Shown piece after piece: positions 18,384 through 29,910 of a stretch of 32,000 bases of DNA. The stretch covers positions 420,001-452,000 of the forward strand of contig NZ_CP047931.1 in assembly GCF_014280175.1 (NCBI RefSeq), in the 5' to 3' direction. Each line of letters starts with the position of its first letter. The stretch's first letter is position 1. This DNA is from Synechococcus sp. A15-28. GTDB taxonomy: Bacteria; Cyanobacteriota; Cyanobacteriia; PCC-6307; Cyanobiaceae. The position numbers and the translations under genes were made by a program. Below the pieces are notes generated by a model that was not told where the DNA came from, ran no database searches, and saw nothing but the letters and a program-made list of their open reading frames with translations.

Positions 18384-18693
18384 GCAGTTCTGCCTCGAAA
18401 CAAGCGGCCGCCCGTAGGAGACCGGTATCCGGTGAATAAGGGGTGATCCCGGGGGATCGCGTCTCAGACTAAAGGCTGGGACAGGGGGTCGAGCGTCGGG
18501 AGCGAAGCTTGTTCACAACGGTCAACACTGGTCGTTGTGGCGGCGTTCCCTTGCGTTCGGCTGACGCATCCTGCACCGGCATCGCCCCGAGGTTTTTGCC
18601 CGGGTAACAGTTCTTCACGGCCCTGGTGTCTTGGTCAGACCCATTGGTGCAGCTGCGATCTTCGGGAATAACCTGCTGCCGTTTCCATGCATC

Positions 18694-18728
18694 AAAAAAG
18701 CCCGGATGAAGGGACACTTCACCCGAGC
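18694..18728 (-). terminator. Rho-independent terminator of apcE
   Basis: The minus strand reads GCTCGGGTGAAG-TGTCC-CTTCATCCGGGC followed by TTTTTTGATG. That is a 12-bp stem with two G-U pairs, starting about 40 nt after the apcE stop. Confidence 0.75.
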
Positions 18729-18768
18729 AAATTGATAACAATCACCACCGGATTGGTGTTGCTGACTG

Positions 18769-21666
18769 TCAGAGAGCGCCGTCGATGGGTGGGGTCAGGC
18801 CGGCATTGCCGCGGTAGAGGGCAGCCGTGCGCTGGATCGTGGCCTGGGCTTGGCCCTGGGGGCTGTCCATCCCCCCGATACGGGGAACGTCGTCACTGGA
18901 TTCCGCCAGTTTCAGCAGCTCTTCCACGGCCTTGGGTTGGCCGGATTCCGCCCGCACGATCAGGAACCGACTCACCTCAGCGGGACTGGCCGCACGACCG
19001 AGCAGAGCGAGGGCTGCTGCGGAGGCTGCCCGCAGCGGAGCCAGGGATGCGATCCGGTTCTGGAAGGCCTCGCCCATGGCGACGGCGGCCACAAAACCCG
19101 GCAATTCGATGTCCTGATTGCGCAGCCGTGATTCAGCACTCAGCAGGCGTTCGTTCTCCAGCGGAACCCGGTTGAGCAGCTGTCGGTAGGTCGCATCCAT
19201 CACCACCCGCAGCTCGCTTTCATCGCAGGGACGGTTCAGGGTGAGCTTTGCGGGCAAGCCGGCACGCAGCTTGAAGCCGTCGCTGCCCTGCAGGGTCAAA
19301 GCACCCGACATCGGCGTCAGGGCCGGGGGAACGGTGCTGCGGCTGCGGGAGGCCTTGCCTTGGATGGATTCGCCCAGGCGGATCTGCCGCAGGCTCTTGC
19401 CGAGGTCGGTGCCGCGGCTGAAGCTGCTGGCCATGGAGGTCCACCCTTCCGGGGCGCCCTGGGAGCGACCGGTGAGGTTGCGCCTGGTGACGCTTCCGCT
19501 GCTGCGGAATTCCTTCGACCCTTTCGGTTCGGGGCGACTGCCCAGCACGAAACCGGAGTTGTCGTAACCGAAGGTCGTGACCTCTTGTTTGAAAGTGGGG
19601 GTTCGGCGCACCGCCAGATCGCCAGGGGTGATGAACCGTTCGAAGGGAACGGTGTCCTCGCCGAAGCTCTCGTTGTATTCGCGGCTGTTGATCAGGGCAT
19701 CCACCACTCCGTAGAAACCCTTGCGGGCGGCGGTGTCGAACAGCGCATCGATCTCCCAGCGGCCGAAGGTGGGTCGTCCGAGCAGGCGACGGTGGATCAC
19801 CTCGATGGCTTTGGTGATATAGAGGCCACTCCAGTAACGGCGGCGGAAGGCGTCGGAACGGGCAACGGCGCGCACGAACTCCCGCAGGGAGATGTCGCCG
19901 TTTTCCAGCCGGGCTTCATCGGAGCCCATCCGTTCACCGGCGTAACCGGCATTGCCCAGCACCTGGACGTAAACGGCGTTGATCACCGCCTGAGTGCTGG
20001 ATTCGGTGTTGCGCACGCTGGGCTGACCGCCTCGCCGTGGGTTGACGTTGCCGCCGGTGGCGATCTGCTGCAGCCGCACGACCCGAGGTCCCACCTTGCG
20101 GGGACGGCTGCTGCGGAAGCTGGCGCTGTCCAGTTGTCCGGGGCTGTTGAGCCCGTTGCTCACCAGCAGGCGGCGGCTGTCGTAGCCGTAGGGAGCCGGG
20201 CGGGTCGCCACTGAGGCCGTTCCGCTGGGGAAGATGGCGCCGTACTGGTTGGCCACCGGATCGTTGCCACCGCCGTAGACGTGCTGATCGGCGAAGGGCT
20301 GGCGGTAGGAGGCGTAAAGGGTGACGTACTGGGGAGCGCCATCGAAGGGGGCGCTGAAGTTGAACAGCTTGCGGTTGGATCCCCAGCCGGCGCTTTCCTG
20401 CGCTTCGGTGCCGAGGTCCCGCAGGAACGGAACCGTTTCCTCGCCGAAGGTCTGGGCGTATTCGGCAGAGTTCACCAGCACATCCACCAGGCCGTTCAGG
20501 CCCTGGTCGCTGAGGATGGCGAAGGACTTGCGGAATTCCTCCAGGGAGCTGATGCCGCGACCGAGGAAATGGCGGTACGCCAGTTCCACCACGCGGCTAT
20601 TGACGAAACCATCGTGGAACTGCTGGCGGTATTCCTTGCTGCGGCCCAGGGCGCGGATGAATTCGCGCATGGAGATCTGGCCCTGCACCACCTGGCTGGC
20701 TTCCACCTGGCAAGGGGTCTGGGAGTAGCCCTTGGCGATGTCGCGTTCAAACACCTGGCGGTAGGCGCCGCGGATGATTTCCGCTTTTTCGGCCCCGGAG
20801 AGGCCAGGGCGCATCTCGAGCAACTGGCGACCTTCGGCGGCCAGCGCGTAGATCGCCGGCAGCTGCAGGCCCTGCTGCACGCTGCTGCCCTGGCGTTGCT
20901 TGGTGCTGGGGGTGGGAATGGCCAGCTCCTGGAGCAGCACGTTGAAGCAGTCGATCGTCAGCTGGCGGGCTTCCGGGCGATCCCGCAGCAGCTGGGCTGA
21001 AGCGGCACGCATCTCCTGCAACGCCACGTTGGTGGCCGTCAGAGAGCAGTTCTCAAGGAGGATGTCGCGAAGGCCGCGGGTGTTCACCGCCAGGATGCTG
21101 GGGTCACCGGCCACCAGGGCGTAGCCCACGTAGCGCAGGAACCAGCCCATGTCCCGCACGGACTTGCGCATGAAGGCGGGCCCGTATTTGGCCACGCTGA
21201 TGGCGTTGAAGCCGGTGGGCAGCACCACCCGCACATCGGCATCACCGCCAGCGCCTTCCAGCAGCCGGGTGAGGAAATTGCCGCGTTTGGTGTCGCCACT
21301 GCTGCCGGTGAACGTGCGTACCGATTGCTCGAACGCCACCTGGTCGGCGGCCAGGGGGGTGCCTTCCTGGCCGGTGGGACGGCCGGTCTCACCGGTGGTC
21401 AGCGGTGCTTCCAGGAACGACAGCGGAGTGCCGCCCACGAAAATGCGGTTGGCAGCGCGAGCCACGATGGCTTCGGCATTGGCCGCGATGATCCGCGAGG
21501 CCTCGATGCGGTCCTGACCGCTGCGGAAGAAATTGACCAGGTTCTCGAGCTCAACCCGCTCGGGAAAACGGTCCTGCTGCTCCGCCTGACGAACGCTGGA
21601 GAGCGGCAGCGTGTCGAAGAGCTGGGGAGACACGCGCGGGCTGCCGCTGCTGGCGGTCACTGTCAT
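18769..21666 (-). CDS. apcE: Phycobilisome core-membrane linker ApcE (LCM) with three REP linker repeats
   Basis: The N-terminal phycobiliprotein-like domain contains 'RIFVGGTPLSFLE', 'MGWFLRYVGYALVAGDPS' and 'LENCSLTATNVALQEM'. Three linker repeats are visible: 'YRQVFERD...ISMREFIRALGRSKEYRQQF', 'VYVQVLGN...ISLREFVRAVARSDAFRRRY' and 'TYRQLLNR...IELPGFVAAVAMGEAFQNRI'. I set the start to ATG 21666 (MTVTASSG...). The 46-codon upstream extension in the track is probably not translated. Confidence 0.93.
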   Translation of the reverse strand: MTVTASSGSPRVSPQLFDTLPLSSVRQAEQQDRFPERVELENLVNFFRSGQDRIEASRIIAANAEAIVARAANRIFVGGTPLSFLEAPLTTGETGRPTGQEGTPLAADQVAFEQSVRTFTGSSGDTKRGNFLTRLLEGAGGDADVRVVLPTGFNAISVAKYGPAFMRKSVRDMGWFLRYVGYALVAGDPSILAVNTRGLRDILLENCSLTATNVALQEMRAASAQLLRDRPEARQLTIDCFNVLLQELAIPTPSTKQRQGSSVQQGLQLPAIYALAAEGRQLLEMRPGLSGAEKAEIIRGAYRQVFERDIAKGYSQTPCQVEASQVVQGQISMREFIRALGRSKEYRQQFHDGFVNSRVVELAYRHFLGRGISSLEEFRKSFAILSDQGLNGLVDVLVNSAEYAQTFGEETVPFLRDLGTEAQESAGWGSNRKLFNFSAPFDGAPQYVTLYASYRQPFADQHVYGGGNDPVANQYGAIFPSGTASVATRPAPYGYDSRRLLVSNGLNSPGQLDSASFRSSRPRKVGPRVVRLQQIATGGNVNPRRGGQPSVRNTESSTQAVINAVYVQVLGNAGYAGERMGSDEARLENGDISLREFVRAVARSDAFRRRYWSGLYITKAIEVIHRRLLGRPTFGRWEIDALFDTAARKGFYGVVDALINSREYNESFGEDTVPFERFITPGDLAVRRTPTFKQEVTTFGYDNSGFVLGSRPEPKGSKEFRSSGSVTRRNLTGRSQGAPEGWTSMASSFSRGTDLGKSLRQIRLGESIQGKASRSRSTVPPALTPMSGALTLQGSDGFKLRAGLPAKLTLNRPCDESELRVVMDATYRQLLNRVPLENERLLSAESRLRNQDIELPGFVAAVAMGEAFQNRIASLAPLRAASAAALALLGRAASPAEVSRFLIVRAESGQPKAVEELLKLAESSDDVPRIGGMDSPQGQAQATIQRTAALYRGNAGLTPPIDGAL

Positions 21667-21772
21667 CGACGGATGCAAGCCGGATCGCGCCACGTTACGG
21701 CTGCCGGGATGAAGCCCAGCCGACCTATGAACAAAAGTTGTGAAAAGCTCGGCTTCACTCGATTTCTCCTGC

Positions 21773-22942
21773 ATGGCAGACCCTGGGATCAGGGACGCCG
21801 CCACTCCGGTGGTCAGCGCCTTCTACGACCGTTTTCCCTTTCCTGGCGATCCGTTGCAGGACGGCCCACCGCCTGGATACAACTGGCGTTGGTGCCACCA
21901 GAGCGTCCTCGCCGCCGTCCATGGGGTGCTGCCGGCGGGGTCGGAGCGGCCTCGCATCCTGGACGCTGGCTGCGGCACCGGGGTCAGCACCGATTACCTC
22001 TGCCATCTCAACCCGGGTGCCGACGTTCTGGGGATCGACATCAGCGCAGGGGCCCTGGCGGTGGCCCGGGAGCGTCTGCAGCGCTCCGGAGCAGCCGCCC
22101 AGGTGAGATCGCTGCGTCAGGAGCAGCGCAGCCTGCTGGATCTGGAAAGCGAAGGCCCGTTCGACTACATCAACTCTGTTGGCGTGCTGCACCATCTGGA
22201 TCAGCCGGAGTCGGGGCTGCGTTCCCTGGCTGGGTGTCTTGCTCCCGATGGCCTTCTCCATCTCTTCTTTTATGCCGATGCCGGCCGCTGGGAGATTCAT
22301 CGCACCCAGCAGGCCCTGACCCTGCTTGAGGTCGGTACCGGAAGCGACGGCCTGCGCCTCGGCCGGGAGCTGCTGGAGTCGCTGCCGGAGGGCAACCGTC
22401 TGGCGCGCCACCATCGCGAGCGCTGGGCGGTGGACTGCGCCGCTGATGCCAATTTCGCCGACATGTACCTGCATCCGCAGGAGACCAGCTACAACCTGGA
22501 CCGCCTGTTCGGCTTCATCGAGACGGCGGACCTGCACTTCGCCGGCTTCTCCAATCCGGAGATCTGGGATCCGGCTCGCCTGCTGCAGGGAGAGCTGCTG
22601 GAACGGGCCCGGGCCCTGCCGCAGCGGCAGCAATGGTTGCTGGTGGAACAGCTCGATCCAGACATCAGCCACTTCGAATTCTTCCTTTCGGCTGCCCCTG
22701 TTGCGGCTATGCCGCTCACTGATGAGGCTTTGAGGGCTGCCCATGGACTGCGCCAACCCTGTCTCTGGGGGGAGCCGGATCCGATCCTGGATCGCAACAT
22801 GCAGCCGCTGCAGCTGAGCGATGCGGAGCGACAGCTGCTGCGCAGCGTCCACGATCAATCGGACACTCCGCTGGGGGGGCTAGCGGAGCCAGCGGTGATC
22901 CGAGATCTCGCAGCCCGTCAACTGCTGCTGCTGAAGGCTTAG
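21773..22942 (+). CDS. cpcM: Class I SAM-dependent methyltransferase, likely the phycobiliprotein beta-subunit Asn-72 methyltransferase CpcM
   Basis: It has SAM motif I 'ILDAGCGTGVSTDYL', is about 390 aa long, and is transcribed divergently from apcE. The CpcM assignment rests on size, fold and phycobilisome-gene neighbourhood, not on an alignment. Confidence 0.5.
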   Translation: MADPGIRDAATPVVSAFYDRFPFPGDPLQDGPPPGYNWRWCHQSVLAAVHGVLPAGSERPRILDAGCGTGVSTDYLCHLNPGADVLGIDISAGALAVARERLQRSGAAAQVRSLRQEQRSLLDLESEGPFDYINSVGVLHHLDQPESGLRSLAGCLAPDGLLHLFFYADAGRWEIHRTQQALTLLEVGTGSDGLRLGRELLESLPEGNRLARHHRERWAVDCAADANFADMYLHPQETSYNLDRLFGFIETADLHFAGFSNPEIWDPARLLQGELLERARALPQRQQWLLVEQLDPDISHFEFFLSAAPVAAMPLTDEALRAAHGLRQPCLWGEPDPILDRNMQPLQLSDAERQLLRSVHDQSDTPLGGLAEPAVIRDLAARQLLLLKA

Positions 22943-22955
22943 CGCACGAAAACGC

Positions 22956-23327
22956 GTGATAGATTTCGCGCGCCATTTCAGGCAGCGCTTGGAGGATTTC
23001 TACCGTCTTCAGCGTCGTCTGCTGCTGGCCACCGTCCTGGTGTCCCTGGTCACGGTTCCGATCGTGGCTTTCACCATGAATCTCTCGGTGGCCGGCAGTG
23101 TGCTCGTGGGTGCGTGCGCCGGACTTCTGTACGTGCGTCTGCTTGCCCGCAGCGTGGCTCGGCTCAGTGACCAGTCCCGTGGACTGGGGCGTTTTCAGCT
23201 CATCGTTCCGACCTTGCTTGTGGTTGGTTCGGCCAAGCTGCCCCAGCTCGATCTGCTGCCGGCTTTCCTGGGATTCCTTCTTTACAAGCCCGCCCTGATT
23301 CTTCAGCACGTCTTCGACGACCGCTGA
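22956..23327 (+). CDS. atpI: ATP synthase protein I (cyanobacterial atp1 gene product)
   Basis: A small hydrophobic protein with about four predicted TM segments, immediately upstream of the subunit a gene. It uses a GTG start. Its position is typical of cyanobacterial atp1 operons. Confidence 0.7.
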   Translation: MIDFARHFRQRLEDFYRLQRRLLLATVLVSLVTVPIVAFTMNLSVAGSVLVGACAGLLYVRLLARSVARLSDQSRGLGRFQLIVPTLLVVGSAKLPQLDLLPAFLGFLLYKPALILQHVFDDR

Positions 23328-23351
23328 AGCTGAGCACTCCTCTCTGCACCC

Positions 23352-24077
23352 ATGGCTTTGCTGCCCTTTCCACTCCCGTTCGCTGAACTGGAAGTGGGCC
23401 ACCACCTGTACTGGCAGATCGGCGATCTGTACCTCCATGGCCAGGTCTTCCTGAGCTCCTGGATCCTGATCGGAATCCTGCTGGCGCTTGTTCTGGCTGG
23501 CACCCGCAACATGCAGCGCGACCCCCTGGGTCTGCAGAACCTGCTGGAGTTCCTCTGGAACTTCATTCGCGACATCGCCCGCGACAACATCGGCGAGAAG
23601 TACTACCGCGACTGGCTGCCGTTCATCGGCACCCTGTTCCTGTTCATCTTCGTCAGCAACTGGGGTGGCGCGCTGATCCCTTGGAAGATCATCGAGCTGC
23701 CCGAAGGTGAGCTCGGCGCTCCCACCGCCGACATCAACACCACCGTGGCCATGGCCCTGCTGGTGTCACTGGCTTATTTCTATGCCGGTCTGAGCCGAAA
23801 GGGCCTCCGCTTTTTCGAGCTGTACGTGGAGCCGACCCCGATCATGCTCCCGTTCAAGATCATCGAGGAATTCACAAAGCCTCTCTCCCTGTCTTTCCGT
23901 CTGTTCGGAAACATCCTTGCCGACGAATTGGCCGTGGGAGTTCTGGTGTACCTCGTTCCTCTGCTGGTGCCCCTGCCGGTGATGCTTCTCGGCTTGTTCA
24001 CCAGTGCGATTCAGGCTCTGATCTTCGCGACTCTCACCGCCTTCTACATCGGTGAAGGTCTGCACGAGGCGCACTAA
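23352..24077 (+). CDS. atpB: F0F1 ATP synthase subunit a
   Basis: '[38 protein letters not shown]' contains the conserved Arg of subunit a. This gene is called atpI in cyanobacterial and plastid nomenclature. Confidence 0.95.
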   Translation: MALLPFPLPFAELEVGHHLYWQIGDLYLHGQVFLSSWILIGILLALVLAGTRNMQRDPLGLQNLLEFLWNFIRDIARDNIGEKYYRDWLPFIGTLFLFIFVSNWGGALIPWKIIELPEGELGAPTADINTTVAMALLVSLAYFYAGLSRKGLRFFELYVEPTPIMLPFKIIEEFTKPLSLSFRLFGNILADELAVGVLVYLVPLLVPLPVMLLGLFTSAIQALIFATLTAFYIGEGLHEAH

Positions 24078-24104
24078 TTGCTCCGAATGCCTTTCGCCAT
24101 TTGA

Positions 24105-24494
<390 letters not shown>

Positions 24495-24563
24495 TCAGGG
24501 CGGGGGAGTCTTCACTCCCCCCTCTGAACCTCTTGTTTCGATCCCTTTCCAGCGCACCCTTCC

Positions 24564-25028
24564 ATGACCTGGCTTCTGCTCGCTGAAGCAGGTGTTCCGG
24601 AGGGAGGTCTCTTCGACCTCGATGCCACCCTTCCGCTGATGGCGGTTCAGGTGGTTCTCCTCACCTTCCTGCTCAATGTCCTCTTCTTCCGTCCGGTCGG
24701 CAAGGTCGTGGAAGACCGTGAGGGCTACATCTCCACCAGTCGCGCCGATGCCAAGCAGAAGCTTGCCCAGGTGGAGCAGCTTGAAGCCGATCTGGCTGAA
24801 CAGCTGAAAGGTGCTCGTCAGGCCGCTCAGGCCGTAATTAGCGAGGCCGAACAAGAGGATGATCGTCTGTACCGCGAAGCCTTGGCCGCGGCGGAAGCCG
24901 AAGCCAACCGCAGCAAAGACGAGAGCCGTCGCGCCATCGAAGCCGAGCGTGAATCCGCCCGCACCCAACTTCAGGGTCAGGTGGATCAGCTCAGCACCAC
25001 CATCATCAACCGACTGCTGGCTGCGTGA
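24564..25028 (+). CDS. F0F1 ATP synthase subunit b'
   Basis: It has one N-terminal TM segment followed by a long charged coiled coil. It lies between the c and b genes, as in all cyanobacterial atp1 operons. Confidence 0.85.
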   Translation: MTWLLLAEAGVPEGGLFDLDATLPLMAVQVVLLTFLLNVLFFRPVGKVVEDREGYISTSRADAKQKLAQVEQLEADLAEQLKGARQAAQAVISEAEQEDDRLYREALAAAEAEANRSKDESRRAIEAERESARTQLQGQVDQLSTTIINRLLAA

Positions 25029-25510
25029 TGACTCTGAATTTCAATCCCCTGGAGACCAATCTGGTCAACCTGGCCATCGTCATCGGCGTTCTGGTCTGGT
25101 TCCTGCGTGGTTTCCTCGGCGGCATCCTTGACCGTCGCCGCCAGGCCATCCTTCAGGAGCTTCAGGACGCCGAAGCGCGCCTGAAGACCGCCACCGAAGA
25201 GCTCAGCAAGGCCCAGTCGGATCTGGCTGCTGCCCAGCAGAAAGCCGACAAGATCCGTGTGGATGGAGAGGCCCGCGCGGCTGCCATCCGCAGTGATGGC
25301 GAACAGCGCACCATCGCTGCCATGGCTGCTGTCAAGCAGGGTGCAGCTGCTGATGCTGATGCCGAAGCAGCTCGTATTAAAGACACCCTTCGTCGTGAAG
25401 CTGCCCTGGCAGCCATCGACAAGGTGCTCAACGATCTGCCCTCCCGACTCGACGACCAAGCCCAGTCGAATCTGATCGACTCCACCATCAAAAATCTGGA
25501 GAACGCCTGA
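25028..25510 (+). CDS. atpF: F0F1 ATP synthase subunit b
   Basis: An N-terminal TM segment 'NLVNLAIVIGVLVWFL' is followed by a charged helical stalk. The ATG at 25028 overlaps the b' stop (GTGATG), and GTG 25025 is also possible. Confidence 0.88.
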   Translation: MTLNFNPLETNLVNLAIVIGVLVWFLRGFLGGILDRRRQAILQELQDAEARLKTATEELSKAQSDLAAAQQKADKIRVDGEARAAAIRSDGEQRTIAAMAAVKQGAAADADAEAARIKDTLRREAALAAIDKVLNDLPSRLDDQAQSNLIDSTIKNLENA

Positions 25511-26058
25511 TGCCTCTCCTGAATTCCCTCGCCACCCCCTACGCCGAAGCGCTGCTTCAGGTCACCGAGGCCCGTGGTGAATCCCAGGCGGTCGCCGACC
25601 AGTGCAAGCAACTGCTTGAAATCTGGGAGAGCTCCGCTGATTTCCGCGACGCCATGGTGTCTCCGGTCCTGGAGCCGGATGCCAAGAAAAAAGCTCTTCA
25701 GAGCCTGGTTGGCGAACAGGTAACTGAGTCACTGCTCAATCTGCTGAAGGTTCTTGCTGATCGCCAGCGCCTGTTGGCCTTTGATGCGGTGCTGCTCCGT
25801 TATCTGGAGCTCTACCGCGAGCAGCAGGGCATCACCCTGGCTGAAGTCCGCTCTGCCCAGACCCTCACCGAGGATCAGCAGGCGGCTCTCTCCAAGAAGG
25901 TGCAGGCGATGGCCGGCACCAACAAGGTCGACATTGACCTCAGTGTTGATCCCTCACTCATCGGCGGTTTCGTCGTGAGTCTCGGATCCCAGGTGATCGA
26001 CGCCAGCCTGGCTGGCCAGGTTCGTCGCCTCGGTCTGGCGCTCGCCAAAGCGAGCTGA
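25510..26058 (+). CDS. atpH: F0F1 ATP synthase subunit delta (OSCP)
   Basis: 'YAEALLQV', 'VDPSLIGGFVVSLGSQVIDASLAGQVRRL' is the OSCP C-terminal signature. The start overlaps the atpF stop (TGATG). Confidence 0.92.
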   Translation: MPLLNSLATPYAEALLQVTEARGESQAVADQCKQLLEIWESSADFRDAMVSPVLEPDAKKKALQSLVGEQVTESLLNLLKVLADRQRLLAFDAVLLRYLELYREQQGITLAEVRSAQTLTEDQQAALSKKVQAMAGTNKVDIDLSVDPSLIGGFVVSLGSQVIDASLAGQVRRLGLALAKAS

Positions 26059-27636
<1,578 letters not shown>

Positions 27637-27649
27637 GGGAGGAGCCGAC

Positions 27650-28600
27650 ATGGCGAATCTCAAGGAAATCCGAGACCGAATTAAGTCGGTCAAGAACACC
27701 CGCAAGATCACCGAGGCCATGCGTCTCGTGGCTGCAGCCAAAGTGCGTCGCGCCCAGGAGCAGGTGCTCCGCAGCCGTCCCTTCGCGGACCGGTTGGCGC
27801 GGATCCTGGAAAACCTCCAGTCCCGCATGCGCTTTGAAGATGCCTCCTCACCGCTGATGGAACAGCGCGATGTGGAGACCATGACCCTGGTGTCCGTCAC
27901 CGGTGATCGCGGGTTGTGTGGTGGCTACAACGCCAACATCATCAAGCGCACGGAACAGCGTTTCGCTGAGCTCACCGGCAAGGGCTTCAAGGTGAAGCTC
28001 GTGCTGATCGGCAACAAGGCCATCGGCTACTTCACCAAGCGTGATTACCCGGTGCAGGCCACCTTCTCCGGTCTGGAGCAGGTCCCCACCGCCGATGAAG
28101 CCAACACCATCTCCACCGATGTACTGGCCGAGTTCATGGGCGCCGGCACCGATCGCGTCGAGCTGATCTTCACCAAGTTCATCAACCTGGTGAGCTGCAA
28201 GCCGGTCGTGCAGACCCTGCTGCCCCTGGACCCCCAGGACATTGCCGATCCCGAAGATGAGATCTTCCGACTCACCACCAAGGACGGTCGTGTGACCGTG
28301 GAACCCGGTGCCGGCGCTGCCAACACCGAACCCAAGATCGCTTCGGACATCGTGTTCGAGCAGACCCCGGACCAGCTGCTGAATGCTCTGCTTCCGCTCT
28401 ATCTGCAGAACCAGATGCTGCGTTCATTGCAGGAATCTGCGGCCTCTGAACTGGCCAGCCGGATGACCGCCATGAACAACGCAAGCGACAACGCCAAGGA
28501 GTTGGCCAAAACCCTGACCCTTGACTACAACAAGGCCCGCCAGGCCGCCATTACCCAGGAAATCCTGGAAGTGGCTGGTGGTGCAGCCGCTGTGGGTTGA
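27650..28600 (+). CDS. atpG: F0F1 ATP synthase subunit gamma
   Basis: '[36 protein letters not shown]' and the C-terminal '[24 protein letters not shown]' are canonical gamma. This gene is called atpC in cyanobacterial nomenclature. Confidence 0.97.
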   Translation: MANLKEIRDRIKSVKNTRKITEAMRLVAAAKVRRAQEQVLRSRPFADRLARILENLQSRMRFEDASSPLMEQRDVETMTLVSVTGDRGLCGGYNANIIKRTEQRFAELTGKGFKVKLVLIGNKAIGYFTKRDYPVQATFSGLEQVPTADEANTISTDVLAEFMGAGTDRVELIFTKFINLVSCKPVVQTLLPLDPQDIADPEDEIFRLTTKDGRVTVEPGAGAANTEPKIASDIVFEQTPDQLLNALLPLYLQNQMLRSLQESAASELASRMTAMNNASDNAKELAKTLTLDYNKARQAAITQEILEVAGGAAAVG

Positions 28601-28621
28601 TCGTCGGTTCAAGTCAATCCA

Positions 28622-28648
28622 AGCCGGCCCTCATGGGTCGGCTTTTTT
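28622..28648 (+). terminator. Rho-independent terminator of the atp operon
   Basis: AGCCGGCCC-TCAT-GGGTCGGCT followed by TTTTTAA. That is a 9-bp stem with one G-U pair, 22 nt after the gamma stop. Confidence 0.8.
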
Positions 28649-28657
28649 AATGGAGCG

Positions 28658-29365
28658 ATGGCCCTCCAGCTCAATTCGCTCTTCCCGACCGTTGTCGCCA
28701 CGGCCCAGCTGACACTGGATCCGCTGGAGCTGGCAGCACAGCTGCAGACCCTGCTGGCGCTGAGGGGGGCAGCCACGGGTAACCCAAGCCCCGGTTGTGC
28801 CTGGACCGGTGACCTCAATGGTGTGTGGCAGTTGCATCGTCATCCCGATTTCCTGCGTTCGACTGATCTTGTGGTGGAGCAGGCCTGGGACTATCTGGCT
28901 GCGGTGGGTTTTGACCGTTCCCAGGTGGCCTTGCACCTGCAACGTTGCTGGCCTGTCCTCAGCGACTGGGATCAAGCAGTCGGACGCCATCACCACCCCA
29001 ATGCCCATCTCAGTGCCGTGCTGTATCTGACTGGGTCTGGTTCCTGTGAGGAGGGCGTGCTGCGTCTTCATGCCCCTGTCCAACCGAATGAGTTGGTGCC
29101 TGGTCTTGCGGCCGGCCACGGCGGTCCGATCGCGGCTGAGCATCCTTTCAACCTGTCCCACTGGGATATTGCACCCCATCCGGGGCTGCTGGTGTTATTC
29201 CCCTCTCGCTTGGACCACAGCGTGCTGGTCAATGGCGATCCGGAGCTTCTCCGCTGCTCGATCAGTTTCGACTTTGCCCTGACGGCCCCTGCCGATGGCC
29301 AGCCTCCGGAGTACTTAGCGCCCCACCCCACAGTCTGGACGCCCCAGTCAGCGAGGGTCAACTGA
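28658..29365 (+). CDS. Putative 2OG-Fe(II) oxygenase-family protein (conserved hypothetical)
   Basis: 'HHHPNAHLSAVLYLTG' and 'LLVLFPSRLDHSVLVN' resemble the metal-ligand blocks of the TIGR02466 / 2OG-FeII_Oxy_5 family as I remember it. No alignment was done. Confidence 0.5.
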   Translation: MALQLNSLFPTVVATAQLTLDPLELAAQLQTLLALRGAATGNPSPGCAWTGDLNGVWQLHRHPDFLRSTDLVVEQAWDYLAAVGFDRSQVALHLQRCWPVLSDWDQAVGRHHHPNAHLSAVLYLTGSGSCEEGVLRLHAPVQPNELVPGLAAGHGGPIAAEHPFNLSHWDIAPHPGLLVLFPSRLDHSVLVNGDPELLRCSISFDFALTAPADGQPPEYLAPHPTVWTPQSARVN

Positions 29366-29398
29366 GAGAATGCCAGCCCAATCCAGCTGAGTCCCGGA

Positions 29399-29728
29399 AT
29401 GTCCGAGGTGGCCACCTACACCGTCCACGCTGAGTTCGAGGGCACCACGCACAGTTTCAGCTGCCGTGAGGATCAAACCGTCCTGAATGCCGCAGAAGCA
29501 GCCGGCATCCCCCTGCCCAGCTCCTGCTGCTCCGGTGTCTGCACAACGTGTGCCGCTGTGGTCACGGAGGGACGTGTCGAGCAACCCGATGCAATGGGAG
29601 TGAAGGGGGAACTGCAGGAGCAGGGTTACAGCCTGCTGTGTGTGGCTTTTCCCCGGGCTGATTTGACCTTGAAGGCCGGCCAGGAAGACGCTCTCTATGA
29701 AGCCCAGTTCGGCCAATATCAGAAATGA
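29399..29728 (+). CDS. Plant-type [2Fe-2S] ferredoxin
   Basis: The Cys pattern 'SCCSGVCTTCAA' plus 'LLCVAFP' gives the CX4CX2C...C arrangement. Confidence 0.9.
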   Translation: MSEVATYTVHAEFEGTTHSFSCREDQTVLNAAEAAGIPLPSSCCSGVCTTCAAVVTEGRVEQPDAMGVKGELQEQGYSLLCVAFPRADLTLKAGQEDALYEAQFGQYQK

Positions 29729-29910
29729 GGCTGCGGCGTCTGGAACAGCAGTTGCCCTGGCCACAGACCATCCCCCCGCAGCAGTTGCGCCGTTGGGTGA
29801 TGCAACAGTTGGCTCCGCAAGCTCCTCTTTTGCGTTGGGCCATTACAGCGGTGACAGTCGACTCCAGCGGTGATCGCTGTTTGCAGGTGGAAGCGGTCGT
29901 TGAAGGATGA
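29725..29910 (+). CDS. Small hypothetical protein (61 aa), translationally coupled on both sides
   Basis: ATGA start/stop overlaps occur at 29725-29728 and 29907-29910. Codon usage is genome-typical. No family was recognised. Confidence 0.5.
   Translation: MRLRRLEQQLPWPQTIPPQQLRRWVMQQLAPQAPLLRWAITAVTVDSSGDRCLQVEAVVEG

Noticed and set aside
18444-18457. GATCCCGGGGGATC palindrome in the apcA upstream region
   Set aside because: The 6-bp arms have a 2-nt loop, which is sterically poor as an RNA hairpin. It contains a SmaI/XmaI-like CCCGGG core and is probably fortuitous in GC-rich DNA.
18469-18741. 90-aa minus-strand ORF in the apcE-apcA spacer
   Set aside because: It overlaps the strong apcE terminator hairpin and the likely apcA promoter/5'UTR. 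The translation looks implausible, and this spacer is non-coding in my recollection of cyanobacterial apc loci.
21667-21804. 46-codon N-terminal extension of apcE in the ORF track
   Set aside because: ApcE proteins begin close to 'MTVTASSGSP...'. The extension runs into the divergent promoter region and overlaps the methyltransferase start.
19360-22329. Plus-strand ORFs 19360..20214, 20281..21000 and 21325..22329, and minus-strand ORF 21755..22858
   Set aside because: They are antisense to apcE or to the methyltransferase. They show no motifs and a GC-artefact composition.
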